Origin: Amphiscolops sp. MND2022
Lineage: Eukaryota
DNA length: 64,000 bases
Direction: 5' to 3'
Assembly: GCA_964187785.1 (NCBI GenBank)
Contig: OZ076409.1
Location: forward strand, 77,254,001-77,318,000
Shown one piece after another: positions 22,537 to 34,700 of the stretch. The translations under genes were made by a program, and so were the position numbers. The stretch's first letter is position 1, and each line of letters starts with the position of its first letter. The notes under the pieces were generated by a model. That model did no database searches. It was not told the origin of the DNA and worked only from the letters and a program-made list of their open reading frames with translations.

Positions 22537-25500
22537 AGACTGACAAGGACAAAAAGTAATGTAAACTACATGTATTTTGTTGTTATTTTTATTACTTTGA
22601 ATTTCACCATAAAAGACCCATGGTCCATACGGCCTCAGTGCAATAAATAATTTTAGTTTACAAGGCTGTATTTAATCGTTTAGTAAATCGTCCTGTGCCT
22701 GTTTTATTGTTGAAATGTTAATGCAATTTGGCAATTAGTATGTAAAATCAATGAATTAATACAATGCAATTGTATGCGGAAGAGGAAACGCGTTCAAATG
22801 AACGTTTCTTCTAGCTTATTGTATTCGCTGTACAAGTAATAAAGTCCAATCAGAATGTAGTACATTAGTGTAGTTCCGTGGAGAGAATGTCTGCCACGGT
22901 GGAACTAGCGTGCGAGTGCCGCTAGTGCTGTAATTGAGTGTGGCTACGCGAACTTAAAATCCGCTACAGTGAAGTATTATGTTAACATGAAATTACATAT
23001 TCTGGACGCATGTAGTATTGTAGATTAGTATTGAAAGTACATACAGGGCACTGTAAACGTTTTCCTACTTTGTCGGCCTAACCGCCAAAGCCCCCATCCT
23101 TCTCTTTGATGCAATGACGTCATAGTGACGTACCCTAACATGATGCTTTTTTTAGTTTACCATTTCTATATTTAGTAACATGACCCGCAATTTTTGTGTT
23201 GTCACCTCCTGCCAACTATAAATAGGGAGGGCGCAGCACCAAAGGGACAATCTTTTAGAAACACGAATTGCAAACAAGTTGCTAAATCTGACCAGTTGAA
23301 TCTGATATTGTGCTTGTCTTACCCAGTTCTTTCATTTGTACTACTCGTTCTCCAATTCAATATTGCTTATAGTGGTATTTCTTCAATGCCTTCTACAAGA
23401 AAGCAAAAAGCTAAGGAAAGACGCTCTAGACAGTTAGACATTATGTCTGATGGAGAAAATGTTGATGTAAGGTTAGGAAATTACTCAAGGAATGATGAGA
23501 AAAACGACCATAGTGAAAATGAAATAAATTTGGACTCAGAGTCAAGTAGACCACAACGAACCTCTAATGTAACTGGCGAAGACTTTAGGTCACTACTCAC
23601 GAACAGTAGAGAAAACAGTGAGATTACTATTGGTACTACTAGAATGATAAACGAAGAAATTTCCAACCAAATGTCTAGGAGACTCAATGAGATGAAAACC
23701 AGCTTAAAATCTCAGATACAAAATGCAATCACTGTTGCAATAGCTGACACTGTGCTTCCTTCTATACAGAATGCATTAGAGATGCAGGGGAGATCAAATT
23801 TAACCGTAGTGGACCGAGCGTCCAACGGGCTACATCCTGGCCCAAGGACAGCAATTGTCACTGTCATGGACATTTTGGTTAGGAAAATCACTGTTTAGAT
23901 GGTCCTCATTCTGTCCATTTCTCTGGTTGCCTTTTGCGTTCATGTTTCGCTGAACTTCGAAAATTGGTTCCGGTCTCTCAGACGGAACGTCACATCCCTT
24001 TCTGGTCCAGTGTCTTGATCCGGCCATAATGACATTTTGAATCTGTGGAAGTACTTGAGTACTTATTGCATCACTTATGGCTTTTTGTATTTGGACACTC
24101 ACAGAGTTCATCATCTCGTCCATCTCTCGTGAAATACGAGAATTTAATTCACTCGACAGTCTATAAATCTCAGCACTAGAGTTAGCCGTAGCTGAATTGC
24201 GGTCAAACTCGGCATTAATACCGGCGTTGGTAGTTCTCTGCTTTCTACCCACATTCTCATCTCCATTTTCGGGTTCATTACTAGCGAAACTTCTGGATCT
24301 CCTAGGCAAATTGCTATTTAAACTGCCTTCCCTCTCTCTCGTGTCAAAGTGGTTCTCACCTAACATGATATCTAAGTTCTCGATATCAGACAACATTTCG
24401 AGTCCTCTCGACTTTCTAGCTTTCTTTTGCTTTCTAGTGGTAGGCATTGAAACGAACCTGGTCAAATATTAAATTATTTAACACCAGGAAACAGTCTTTT
24501 GTAGAAAGTTTGTAAGAGAAGGCTATTTTTACAAACTGAGCTTGAGGAGCAAAACAAAGATTGTGTCTGCTCAAGGAAGTAGCTCCTATATATACTTCCT
24601 TGGGCGGGATATTTAGGATACAAATACTCAGAAAATGTGACAATAACATTCCGAAAGCGCCTGATATACATATTTGTGTGGACATCTAAGTGCCGCCGAA
24701 ATGTGGTTGGAAAGGTCACGCGACCGTTCAAATTCTTTCACTCACAACACAAGCAAACATTTGAAAGGTGCGAGACACATCAAACAGGGTATCAAGCCAC
24801 AAGCATCTGAGGAATGTCAACAATTCCGTGTCGGCACGTGCCTACACAAGTGGACTGTTCTGGTAAATAACTAATACAACTGCATATTACTGCACATGTC
24901 TATTATACCTAATACTGCCACAACTCATACAAATCAACTGGACAAATCAGCTAAATCAGTCTATAAGACTGTCATCTAAAACTACAACATGAATCGTTCT
25001 TAATCGCGTCGAATAATTTAGAGAGGCAGATATTAGTTTCTGGCATGAACACAGCAGCACATGACATTAAAAGCATAAGGGTACATACATCACTCTAATT
25101 CGACACTCGAATAGCCGGCTTCAAAAGTAGCCGAAACCGGCCACTATCCATCTGGTCTTACTAACAGAAAATAATAATCCGGCAAATGGCCTTATTCGAC
25201 CAATTATTAAAATAAAGTGTGAAACTGCAAAAATGGGTATTTAATCAACATGAAAGGCACAATTACCTAATTATCAATCAAGTACATGAATGTTAGGCAA
25301 TTTATAACTCGCAAGCGCAAGACGCTCGGAACCGGCCATTTGACCAAAGTACTAGACGATAAAAGCAGAATTACGTCACGTGGCCTAAACCGTCCAATTG
25401 GTGAATACAATAATAGCACCGCCACATGAGCAAACATGATTGGTCAGCATAACGAGCTCAAGTGACGTTTCCGAAATTGGAGTTACGTTCACTTGAACTC

Positions 25501-25989
25501 CTCTCCTTTACGCTGCATAGCTGTTTCAATTGCTTCAATTGTTTACATTGTTATACTGCATTTTCAAATTTGATAATCACAAGCATCTCATCTTAATTTC
25601 TCAATTGTTGGCCTTAACAGACTAATACTAATACAAATATGTACAAAACGAAAAAATGAATAACTTCAATGAATGCAACACATAAAATGATGAAACGTAA
25701 AAGTTTAGGGTTTTTGATTACTTTCCTCTAGTAGATGGGTAAGGTGCCGACAGCTGTCTCTTGTCCCTCCGCCGTTGTCGTGATTTTTGTACCGTCACAG
25801 GCGGCAGCCTGCGACATTCACCGTGGAGGACCAAAGGTTTCATTGGGCGACAACGAAACTCCGAAGCAGCAGAAAATGCCCAGAAAACGTGGGAAAATCG
25901 TCCTAAAAGGTGTTTTACACAGGAAAATAGTAGACAAATGTCTAGAGAGGGTTCAGCCGACTCTTATAATGGCGAACAAAATCGCGACA
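22445..25989 (+). repeat. 3' LTR (about 1585 bp), interrupted by a sister-family solo LTR
   Basis: Matches the 5' LTR and contains the gag N-terminal ORF from ATG 23386. It resumes at ~25817 and ends CGCGACA at 25989, followed by the TSD. Confidence 0.93.
23862..25816 (-). mobile_element. Solo LTR (1955 bp) of a related Gypsy family
   Basis: On the minus strand it starts TGTCGCAGGCTGCCGCCTGTGACGG and ends CCATGACA. TSD GTCAC/TTCAC, TATA near 24590. ORF MPTTRKQKKARKSR (ATG 24447) is homologous to MPSTRKQKAKERRSR and open to the LTR end. Confidence 0.9.
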
Positions 25990-28900
25990 AGAACTTTTTG
26001 GGTCAGCTCGTGTGCATTGAAAAAAGTCATTTTTATAGTCGCCGACTAAAAAGGTGAAAAAGAGCGTGCTCATTCCAAGTTATATTGCAAGTTAGCAAAC
26101 TAGAAAACGGAAAGTCAGGCTAAGAGAGGCATCTAACGTTGTGGAGAGGTTGTTACAGAGACTTGACGGCAAAATCAAAGAAGTTTACATGGTTCTGAAT
26201 CACTTTGAAATAAGACTTGCGCTTGCTATCCCAAGCCTCAGAACGACTGTTGCAACGTCAGTTTACTGATACAGCAACAACGGAAGGGATCCCTAGTAGC
26301 TCAACTGTCTATAAAGTATGAAGTATATGCCTATTCCTGTTTGTATATCGCTCGGTGCATATTTAGAAAGGGATGAATTTGAATGGAGACAGCGTTTTAG
26401 ATAGAATTTCAGTCCTTTAAGAAAACAAACAATTTGCATATCTTGAAAGTTTGAGAGTGAAGAGTACGATAAGTGGAGAGTTGAGTTTCCCGTTAACTTT
26501 TCATAGGAAACCTCAATTCATTGGAAAAGAATATGTTCTTCTTTCCGAAGGCGTTTACATGAAAATCGAAATACGGAATGAGGAAAACACTGCGTAGCGC
26601 ATGAAAAAATTTACACATTGGGCACTATCACACTGTTGTGACCAGTTTTGATCAAACGTTTTGAGGTCCCAGTTGGCAGTCGACACAGTTGGCGCTCGAC
26701 ACCTAAATTAATGATCAAGTAATTTTCTATTCATGAAATGCCACGTCATCTTGACGAAAGGCCCGTGAATGAAAGGTGACAAATGAGAGCAAATGATTGG
26801 CTGATTATAATCAGGCTGACTGGCCCACCGAAGGGGTTTTACTTAGCACAGTGCTCTATGGGCGAGGATTTTCAGATAAAAACCAAGAAATATTAGAGGT
26901 GAGTTTTATAATCCAATAAAATGAATCATCTCTCCAAAAAACAACAAATTATAAAATAACGAAAGATTGTTGACAATTTGGTAAATTTTGCAGGTGTTTT
27001 TTCTTTTCTTACAATTGGTTTTATCATCTATATAAAACCAAGTCTTTTCAAAAATAATTCCTTTCACCACGGTGTGAGAAATTTTTATCACGAAATTCAA
27101 AAGCAAAAAGTCAATCTCTTTATAGAAGCCACACTCCGTGATTTTTATTCAACCTCATGGTGAAACGGCAAACAAAAGATTGCTTTGATTGGATTTTATC
27201 CAAACATGCAATTGTTCCGTATCTTCAGTATTCGAAATGTCAAACCAGACTCAACCGACCGCTTTGTCCAGAATAATTCTTCAGGTCCAAAATATGTTTG
27301 CGGTTTTTGTTTATTGAATGATTTTATCGTATATGGTTTGACGGCCTTCTAAATACAAAACCGCTTTTGATTTTTTTGACCAGCCCTTTTTGCGATGAAA
27401 AGTGTTTGTGATTTAATTCGTATGATAAATTGATGCTTACTTTGAAAGGCATCGAAATTACATCAATCTTTCTTACTTCAAGAATGGCCTAAATTGGATG
27501 AGAAACCAATGAGCGTGATAAGTGGCTGAATTGTGACCAATGTTTTAAGCACGCTTTGTTGGTATGAACACTTTAAACTTGGTATTGAAAATAATTTAAA
27601 CGTCAAAAAAATCAAAAGACGTTTTTCAAAAAGCTATACCTTGAAGCTAATTTCATTGCAGTTTCTTTTTTCTTTAGTTTATATATTTGATTGATTCGTT
27701 ATTGCAATTGAAAAATTACAAGTACAAAGTTATAAACGGACGAGTTCTGCAAATGACCAGATACATGCCGTCATTATGATGGATGGTCCAAAGAGTGTTG
27801 GTTTTGATGCAGAGCCAGGGTTTCTGGAGCAAGCAGCTCGAAATCGATGTCAGCTTATTCAGTCAATGGCCCGGAAAGTGAGTGAAATCAATTTCCACTG
27901 TAGAATGCTGAAAATGTAAACAAAGTTGTTACTAGTTGAAAAACCAGTCCTATATTGGTATCTCGACATTTGTTCGTTTTGCTATCACACTTGGGGACTA
28001 GAGAACAAACTATCATTCTTAGAACTAAAGAATTCCATTATGTTCGTCTTTCGACTCGCGGTATTTTGACCTGCCACAAATCGAAGTATCCAAATGAAAA
28101 AAATTCTCAAGGATTGATGATATATTTTCCTATAGGCCCCAGGTCTTATAAATAGTGAACAAACAAAAACATTCAAAAGCGATTTATGCTTTTACGGTTG
28201 TCCAAAAATTTAGCATAGCGGTATGAAACAGTCAAATTTGGATAGAGATAAAACAGTCGATTGCTGAAACGGGCTGTCTCTTTGTACCCAGGGTGACCCT
28301 CACAGCTCGATCACGCCTATCGTAGTAAGATAGGCAGTGAGATTGGAGCAAGACTTCATATTACGAAAAACATGTCTTCCAAGGTTTCGCTTAAATTAAC
28401 CCTAAATAGCATAGCGGTACTTTAAAGGAGCATACATTTTTTTCAACTTCTGTTTCGTTTTGTCATTCGGCCATGTTCTTTAACGCAGTTGCTATTTAAC
28501 AATTTGTTGGTACTGTGTTTGATCTGCGGCGAAAGCATTAGGAAAAGAGAATTTTTCTCCGAACCTCAGAAAAATGGGCTTTTTTGCTGAAAAAATAATT
28601 ATACTTTTTCAAAATTCCCTTTCTGGCAAAATCCAATTTTCTCGAAAGTACTTGACCAATAAAGAGAAACAAACCCATACGCTTTCACAGAAGACCTTGA
28701 GCAACAAAACTAAATAATATGCTGTTGTTACTACAAACCACGCGCAGCATGTGGCACCAAGTGTACCGGAAAAGGAAAGTGAAATTTTGGGGAATGGGAA
28801 GCGCAATACAGGTGCTCACTTAACCAAATCAGACCTTGAAACGTGCTGTACTTAATTTTCTGGTATGCCTAGTTGTGGAGATATTAGCAATTAAATTTTT

Positions 28901-29691
28901 GCTCAAATTTTTTGAACATTTGCAAAAACGCTCATGGTAATTAGGGTTAAATAAATTAGCGTGGCGAATATGTTGCATAATTTATTCCTTTTACAAACTT
29001 TATGTGAATTGTTTATTCAAATTTTGGTACTTAAGAGTACGGAAATGTCTTTTCCAAGGAGTTCACATAATTAGGAAAATTACCAAGGTGCGATAGTTTC
29101 GAAGGAGCGATAGGTTCTTCTTTTAGATGTGACCTTCAATTTTCATAGTTGTTTTTTTTTCAAATCGTTTTACTATTTTGCCTGGCAATGGTTGCAATTG
29201 GGCTTCAAAGTGCTGCGATTCTTCACCAGCATGAATTTCGGATAATATATAGGAAGTCTTACGATATCATATCAATCGTAGCACGATGCGTGGCACGATC
29301 ATTGCTAAGATCAGGCTACGACATGCACCGATGGCAAGCTCGGGCACAATAACACAACTGGGAAAAATATAACTATATGTATGGAAATTGTTATATTTAA
29401 TAATTCAACTTTCAATATCATGTGTTTGATTTTTTCCGTCTCATATGTAGGTACTAAGATGCATTTCAAAACGCATCAAAAAGTTTGATGAAAACTTGCA
29501 TCTCAAAACAATCTCAAGTTTTGAATGGAAATACTGAAAGTTGATTTAAATCGTTTTCATTTACTCTTCTCCATCTCAAATTGGTTGTTTTGTCCTTTTA
29601 TCAAAATTGACTCAATTGTCCTATTCTGAAATAGTCTTGTCTTATTCTGGAAATCGGCCGTTCTGTCCCACATGCAAGTGATGGCACTGCG

Positions 29692-30042
29692 TTTTTAGTC
29701 GGCGCTTCATGAAGGGAAACGCGACTATGATACTGACTCTTTTTTATTCAATCCAAACGACCTGACCAAACAAGTTCTACAAAAGTTCTACAAAACGTTA
29801 AGGTGTCAAATTCGACCATCTGGCTTAGCGAACTGAACCGAAAAGGTTTTCCTTTTTGTTCCGCGTAACATACAGTACCGGGCTAGACTAAAGGGTTTCT
29901 TTCAGTTTTTCGGCACTGAGACTTTTTTCAAAAATTTGTTTCCTCAAAGGGCCCCCTTCAATTATTTTGATGTTTGGCGACAGAATGGATGTTGAAAAAT
30001 TCCACAGGGTCCCCCTTTTAGTTATTTTCGGCATTGTGAGAC
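29692..30042 (+). mobile_element. Helentron/DINE-1-like element, 5' part (continues at ~37591-37775)
   Basis: TTTTTAGTCGGCGC...CGCGACT head hairpin and AAAGGG-CCCC/CGGCATTGTGAGAC internal units. Similar to the copy at 58190-58610. Confidence 0.7.
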
Positions 30043-30966
30043 TGTTGCAGCCTCAAACCATGTCAAAAAAATTGAAGGAAAAATAGGTCGAGTTAGCTAT
30101 TTTCAAAATGCTGTAAGAAAGTGTGGAATTGGATTTGAGGGCTGGTATTCCTTCCTCCGTCAAATTTTGACCCAAATGAGAAATCTAGACCATAAAACGA
30201 AAATCAGAGCTGAAAAAATTTTTAAATCTTGTATTCTGGGTAATTTTTGATCGTTTTTTCATAGTCAGTGAATATTTGGACCTAATTCTTTGTTTATTGT
30301 ACTTAAATGGTTATGAACGCCATATTTGGGCTACGTGGGTGTTCCTAGGACCCACGAGGACTGCTTGAGAACTTCGCTAATCATTTAATAGCAATAAAAA
30401 AATGCAAATCTATGCCTTAATCTTGCTGAATTGTATGCTTTTCATATATACCTTTATATATTTTGGTGCCTATTTACAACTCAGATAAGTAATTTGTATC
30501 AACCTGCTCTACATGTCAAGGCGCTTTTACGGTCAAAGTAAATTTAACTAGAAACATCTATTATGGAGTGTTTCCTGTATGCTAAAGTAACAACCAGAGT
30601 TAACTTCTACAAAAAACGCACAACCAAATAGAGATTCAAACAGGTCGACTTTGACGACAATGAAAGCTTGGAAGTTTCTCGTGCACTTAATTCTGTTAAC
30701 TCTGGTTATTGAAGAGCTTTATCAGAGTTGAGCAAGTGATATTATATTGTTTCGAAAATCCAACGTCAATTTACTTATATTGCATATGATTGCGATGTTT
30801 TCGCTTGAGGAAGTTATCGTAGACGCAAGGATTTGGACTTATTGTTTGGTCTAGCAGATCAATAACGCTGCCCATCATCGCGACATCTGAGTTGATTCCT
30901 ATAGTCACAGTTTAGAATTTGAAACTTACTTCATGTTTGTGAAACAGAATAAGTACAAAATCAAAG

Positions 30967-31560
30967 ATGCAGCAATTGCTTGACCGACTTCGGAAACCTA
31001 TTCAAAGTAACTCTAGCCGAAATTTGATTGAAGATAGATGCGATATCATCTATTCAAAATTTCAAAAAGCTAGAAACCTAATAATTTCGGATAGCCTAGG
31101 AATAGGGCTCGATATTGCCAAGTTTAACGTTTTAATCACTGCCCGGAGCTAAAAGAGAACACGTTTACTAATTTATACCCAAAAGAGATCTTTATTATAT
31201 CATCGTCCTATTTATAGGCGGTAACAATCTTATTTCTACCACGTCAGAAACCTTACTTCGATAGATATCCGATCTTGCAACTCGTTTATTAGCCAAAGCC
31301 AAAAACGTTTTCGTGCTTGGTATACCTCTACGCCGGTTTCAACGTTATCAAGCAAAAGAAGTTAATTCTTTAATAGCTTCTTGTCAAGAAGTCTCGAAAT
31401 TCAGAGGAACATCTAGGCAAGTGTTTAGCATTAAGCACTTGAACAAGGATAAAGTTCATTTGAACTCCTCCGCATTCAGTAAAATCAGCTATACTCTGAA
31501 AAGCAAGACACTTTACCAGAGATATTGTTCAGCAGTTGAAAAGGAAGGACATCTCCTAGT
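30967..31560 (+). pseudogene. SGNH/GDSL esterase-like ORF upstream of the BEL PBS
   Basis: Blocks in canonical order: LIISDSL, SLPGA, IVLFIGGNNL, VFVLGIP, DKVHLN. One frameshift (~31135) and two stops. The end coordinate is approximate. Confidence 0.78.
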
Positions 31561-31779
31561 TATTGGGTGTACCGGATTTTGCAAGTACCTTTCCTGGACA
31601 AATCAGTTTTGGTATTGTCCGCAAATTCTCAACCAAGCCATCGTGAAGCTTGGTAAGTGTTTTGGTCAGCTTGCTTTGCAGACGTAAAATTTCGGTGCCG
31701 CGACCCGGGAAAGCACTCTGTATATTTAGCCTAACTATTGTGACTTTCACTTATCTGACTGTTGCAGTAAGGCGACAAA

Positions 31780-34700
31780 ATGGCTGAAGGTGGGCTTTAG
31801 GAGCCTCATTATATGATCGTGTGAATGAAAAATGGAACAGAAAAAAGTCCCATTTTCGACCTCGCTGAAAAACTCATCCACGTTGAAAGACTGGATTGAT
31901 CATGAAAAACGAGTTTTTGAAATTGTTACGGCCATTAGAATTATTGAAAATGATTTTCAAAATTCGAAGTCTAAGAATCCAGTCCCTTGGACCGATGTGA
32001 TCAAGTTTCGTTTTAAATGTTGGGCGTCTTAGGATGAATTAAAGAAAAAATTCGAACTCTATCTCCTGATGTTGAAAAAAAACAACAACGCAAACGTGAA
32101 GAAGCTCTTACGAAATTCATTTTAGAATTCAGGGGGCGATTCAGAAAATGGGTTGGAAACCACAACAATCTTGGTTATATTGCCACGCTTTCGTAGAGGT
32201 TAAAAGATGAGAGAGACTTACTCAAGTTTTGTAAGTTCATAGACAAGTCCGCTAAATTGAAACGGAATTTGTCTCGTGAAACAGATACTATTAACAACTT
32301 GATGCAACAAGACGAAATGTCAAGGTAAATGAAATCATCCTTTCAAAAACTCCAAGAAACGAAAGCGAATCTGAAGCTGGATAGAGCTTACGAAAATGCT
32401 TGTGGTCCGCTGAAAGATGGGTTGGAGGGAATTTTCTCTCAGTAAGACATTCCAGTGACATCACACGATCATGAAGACAGTCAGACACGAATTTTCCGCA
32501 CTAGTGCAGACGATACGCTGGAAAAGAGTCTGAAACTGCTGAGAGATGTTAACCAATCCACCGTGTTGGACAAAATTGTGAATCTTACGGAAGTTGCTCC
32601 TCGAAAGCAACTTTGAGTACATTGAAGAAACGTTCACTAGTGGACCTCTCTTACGGAAGTTGCTCCTCGAAAGCAACTTTGAGTACATTGAAGAAACGTT
32701 CACTAGTGGACCTCTCACATTCAAGAACTTTGTCAAAAGATGATGTCTACAAACCTCGGGGCTCACAAATGGATTTCAATTTGTCAAGGGTAAATGAACG
32801 ACGACGCTTGGAGTTGCATGCTAAGTTTTTAGAGCAAAAGTGTCAAGTAGAGTATGAGAAAAAGCACCGATACCTAAAGTTGGAAAAAATAGAGAAAATG
32901 AAGTGCAGACGAACCAAATTGTCTTAGATTTACAAGTGGAAGCAGGTATGGAAAGCAGAAAAGCGCTTTAGCAGCAAGGAATGCGACTGCGTATAGAAAA
33001 GGCTGATGGGTCATTCCATGCTTCATCAATTTGTCCCAGTTTAATGACTTTTGCATTTGAAGAAGACAAAAACAGATATTAAAAATTGGTTGGAACAAAC
33101 TGATGAGAATTTTGCAAAGGGCTTCTTCCGACCGAAGGAGTCTAGTAGAGAATGGAAAACAAAGAGTGGTCAAGTAGACTGCCTCAGAGATTTCAAATAT
33201 ATTCTCATTTGAAAAGTCAACCCTGCCATCGCATTCTCAAAGCCGAGGTACGAGTAAATCACCTCAGAGAAAAATCACTGGAAATATTTTTCTAAAAACA
33301 AAACCTTCACTCCAGTAGGGCAATGACGAATCGAAGCCTTGACAGGGAAAATTGTCGTCCTTCTTTTTCCCCAGCAGTACCTGTACAGCAGCCTGTACAT
33401 TTTGTTCAAACAAGTTTACCTAAGGTAAAATGATCTGAATTTCATGGAAATTCATTGCAATGGACAGAATGTTCCAGTTTGTTCACAGCTGCCATCCATA
33501 ATGCGACATTTAATGCCAATGCAAAATGAGTCATTTTAAAACACTCTTTAAAGATAAAACCAAGGCAGCTATTGCTTGGCTTGGATACTCAGGAATGACG
33601 TTGAGTGTTTTGGTTACAAATTTCGGACGTCCACAACAAATTTTTAATGCGCAGATGAAGCATACCCTTTTGAGTCCGTTCATCATGTCGCAAGACGCAG
33701 CGGCTGTTAAAAAGTATTTTCAGTTGTTTGGAAACAATTTGGTGTCACTGGAGATCTGTATTCAGAATCAGTTACCTCCTGAGCTGAAACAGAATGGTGC
33801 AGATGTTTTCAAGTTTAGTGAGTGGCATAATGAAGTTGCCTATGTGCAGGATGAAATGATGGCGCAATCAAAACACAATTTGACGAAAGAACGTCTGGAT
33901 TGACAGAAAAGGTAAAGATTTCAACATTCGCTGCTAAGCACCTAGGTACACCAACATCACCTTCCACTAAACAATGTCCATTGAAAGATGGCGAACATAA
34001 AATTTGGATGCGCAACAAGCCGCCAACGTTGAAGAAACTGGAACAGTGCTTCTGTTGCCTTAATACCCAGCTTATTAAAGACTGCAAATCAGAACGTGTT
34101 TGTGAGGTGAATGGTTGCACTAAGAAACACAACAGCCTTCTACACTATGATGCTCAGAAAATTGATAAGGACACCAAGGACAAGAAAACAGAAAACCCAG
34201 CGTCTCAATCAGGGCCGGCAGCTCTTCTTTGATGTCTACAGGAAACAACGAGTTCTTACAGTTGATTCATATTTCGATACTTTAAAACTCAAATCGTAAC
34301 AGTCAAAGTTGGTTCAAGCGATGCAGAAACTCCTTGCGAGAATGTAACGTTGTTTTGTCACCCTAACTCAAATGTTGGTGGAAGGACCATGACAAAAACT
34401 AAAACAAGATTGCAAATATTTATCTGATTTGTCTAACATTAGTGTCTCTTTGACTGACGTTAAAGTCATTCTCGGTCAGGATGCCTATGATTTGATCAGG
34501 CCGCTGGAATACAAGTCTAGCGTTCGAAGTCAACCATGGGCAGTTAAAACAGCACTGGGTTGGACCATTAGCGAAGCTGTCAAAAAACGAAACCAGTATC
34601 GGTTTCTGGCAACTCTTCGGTTGCAACTGACCCATTGGCGAATCAGATGAAAAAATGGTGGGACATGGAGACAAATGAGTCCGTGTGTACATCCGCAGAA

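Larger units (their letters stand above)
8250..25989 (+). mobile_element. Large Ty3/Gypsy LTR retrotransposon with protein-coding LTRs and extra internal genes
   Basis: LTRs 8250-10521 and 22445-25989 (TGTC...CGCGACA). Perfect TSD AGAAC (8245-8249, 25990-25994). PBS TGGTGACAGG at 10522, PPT AGGGGAG before 22445, gag-pol 9877-16084. Confidence 0.95.

Noticed and set aside
23830..24465. Independent 211-aa host gene
   Set aside because: It lies inside a TSD-flanked solo LTR and is homologous to the Gag N-terminus.
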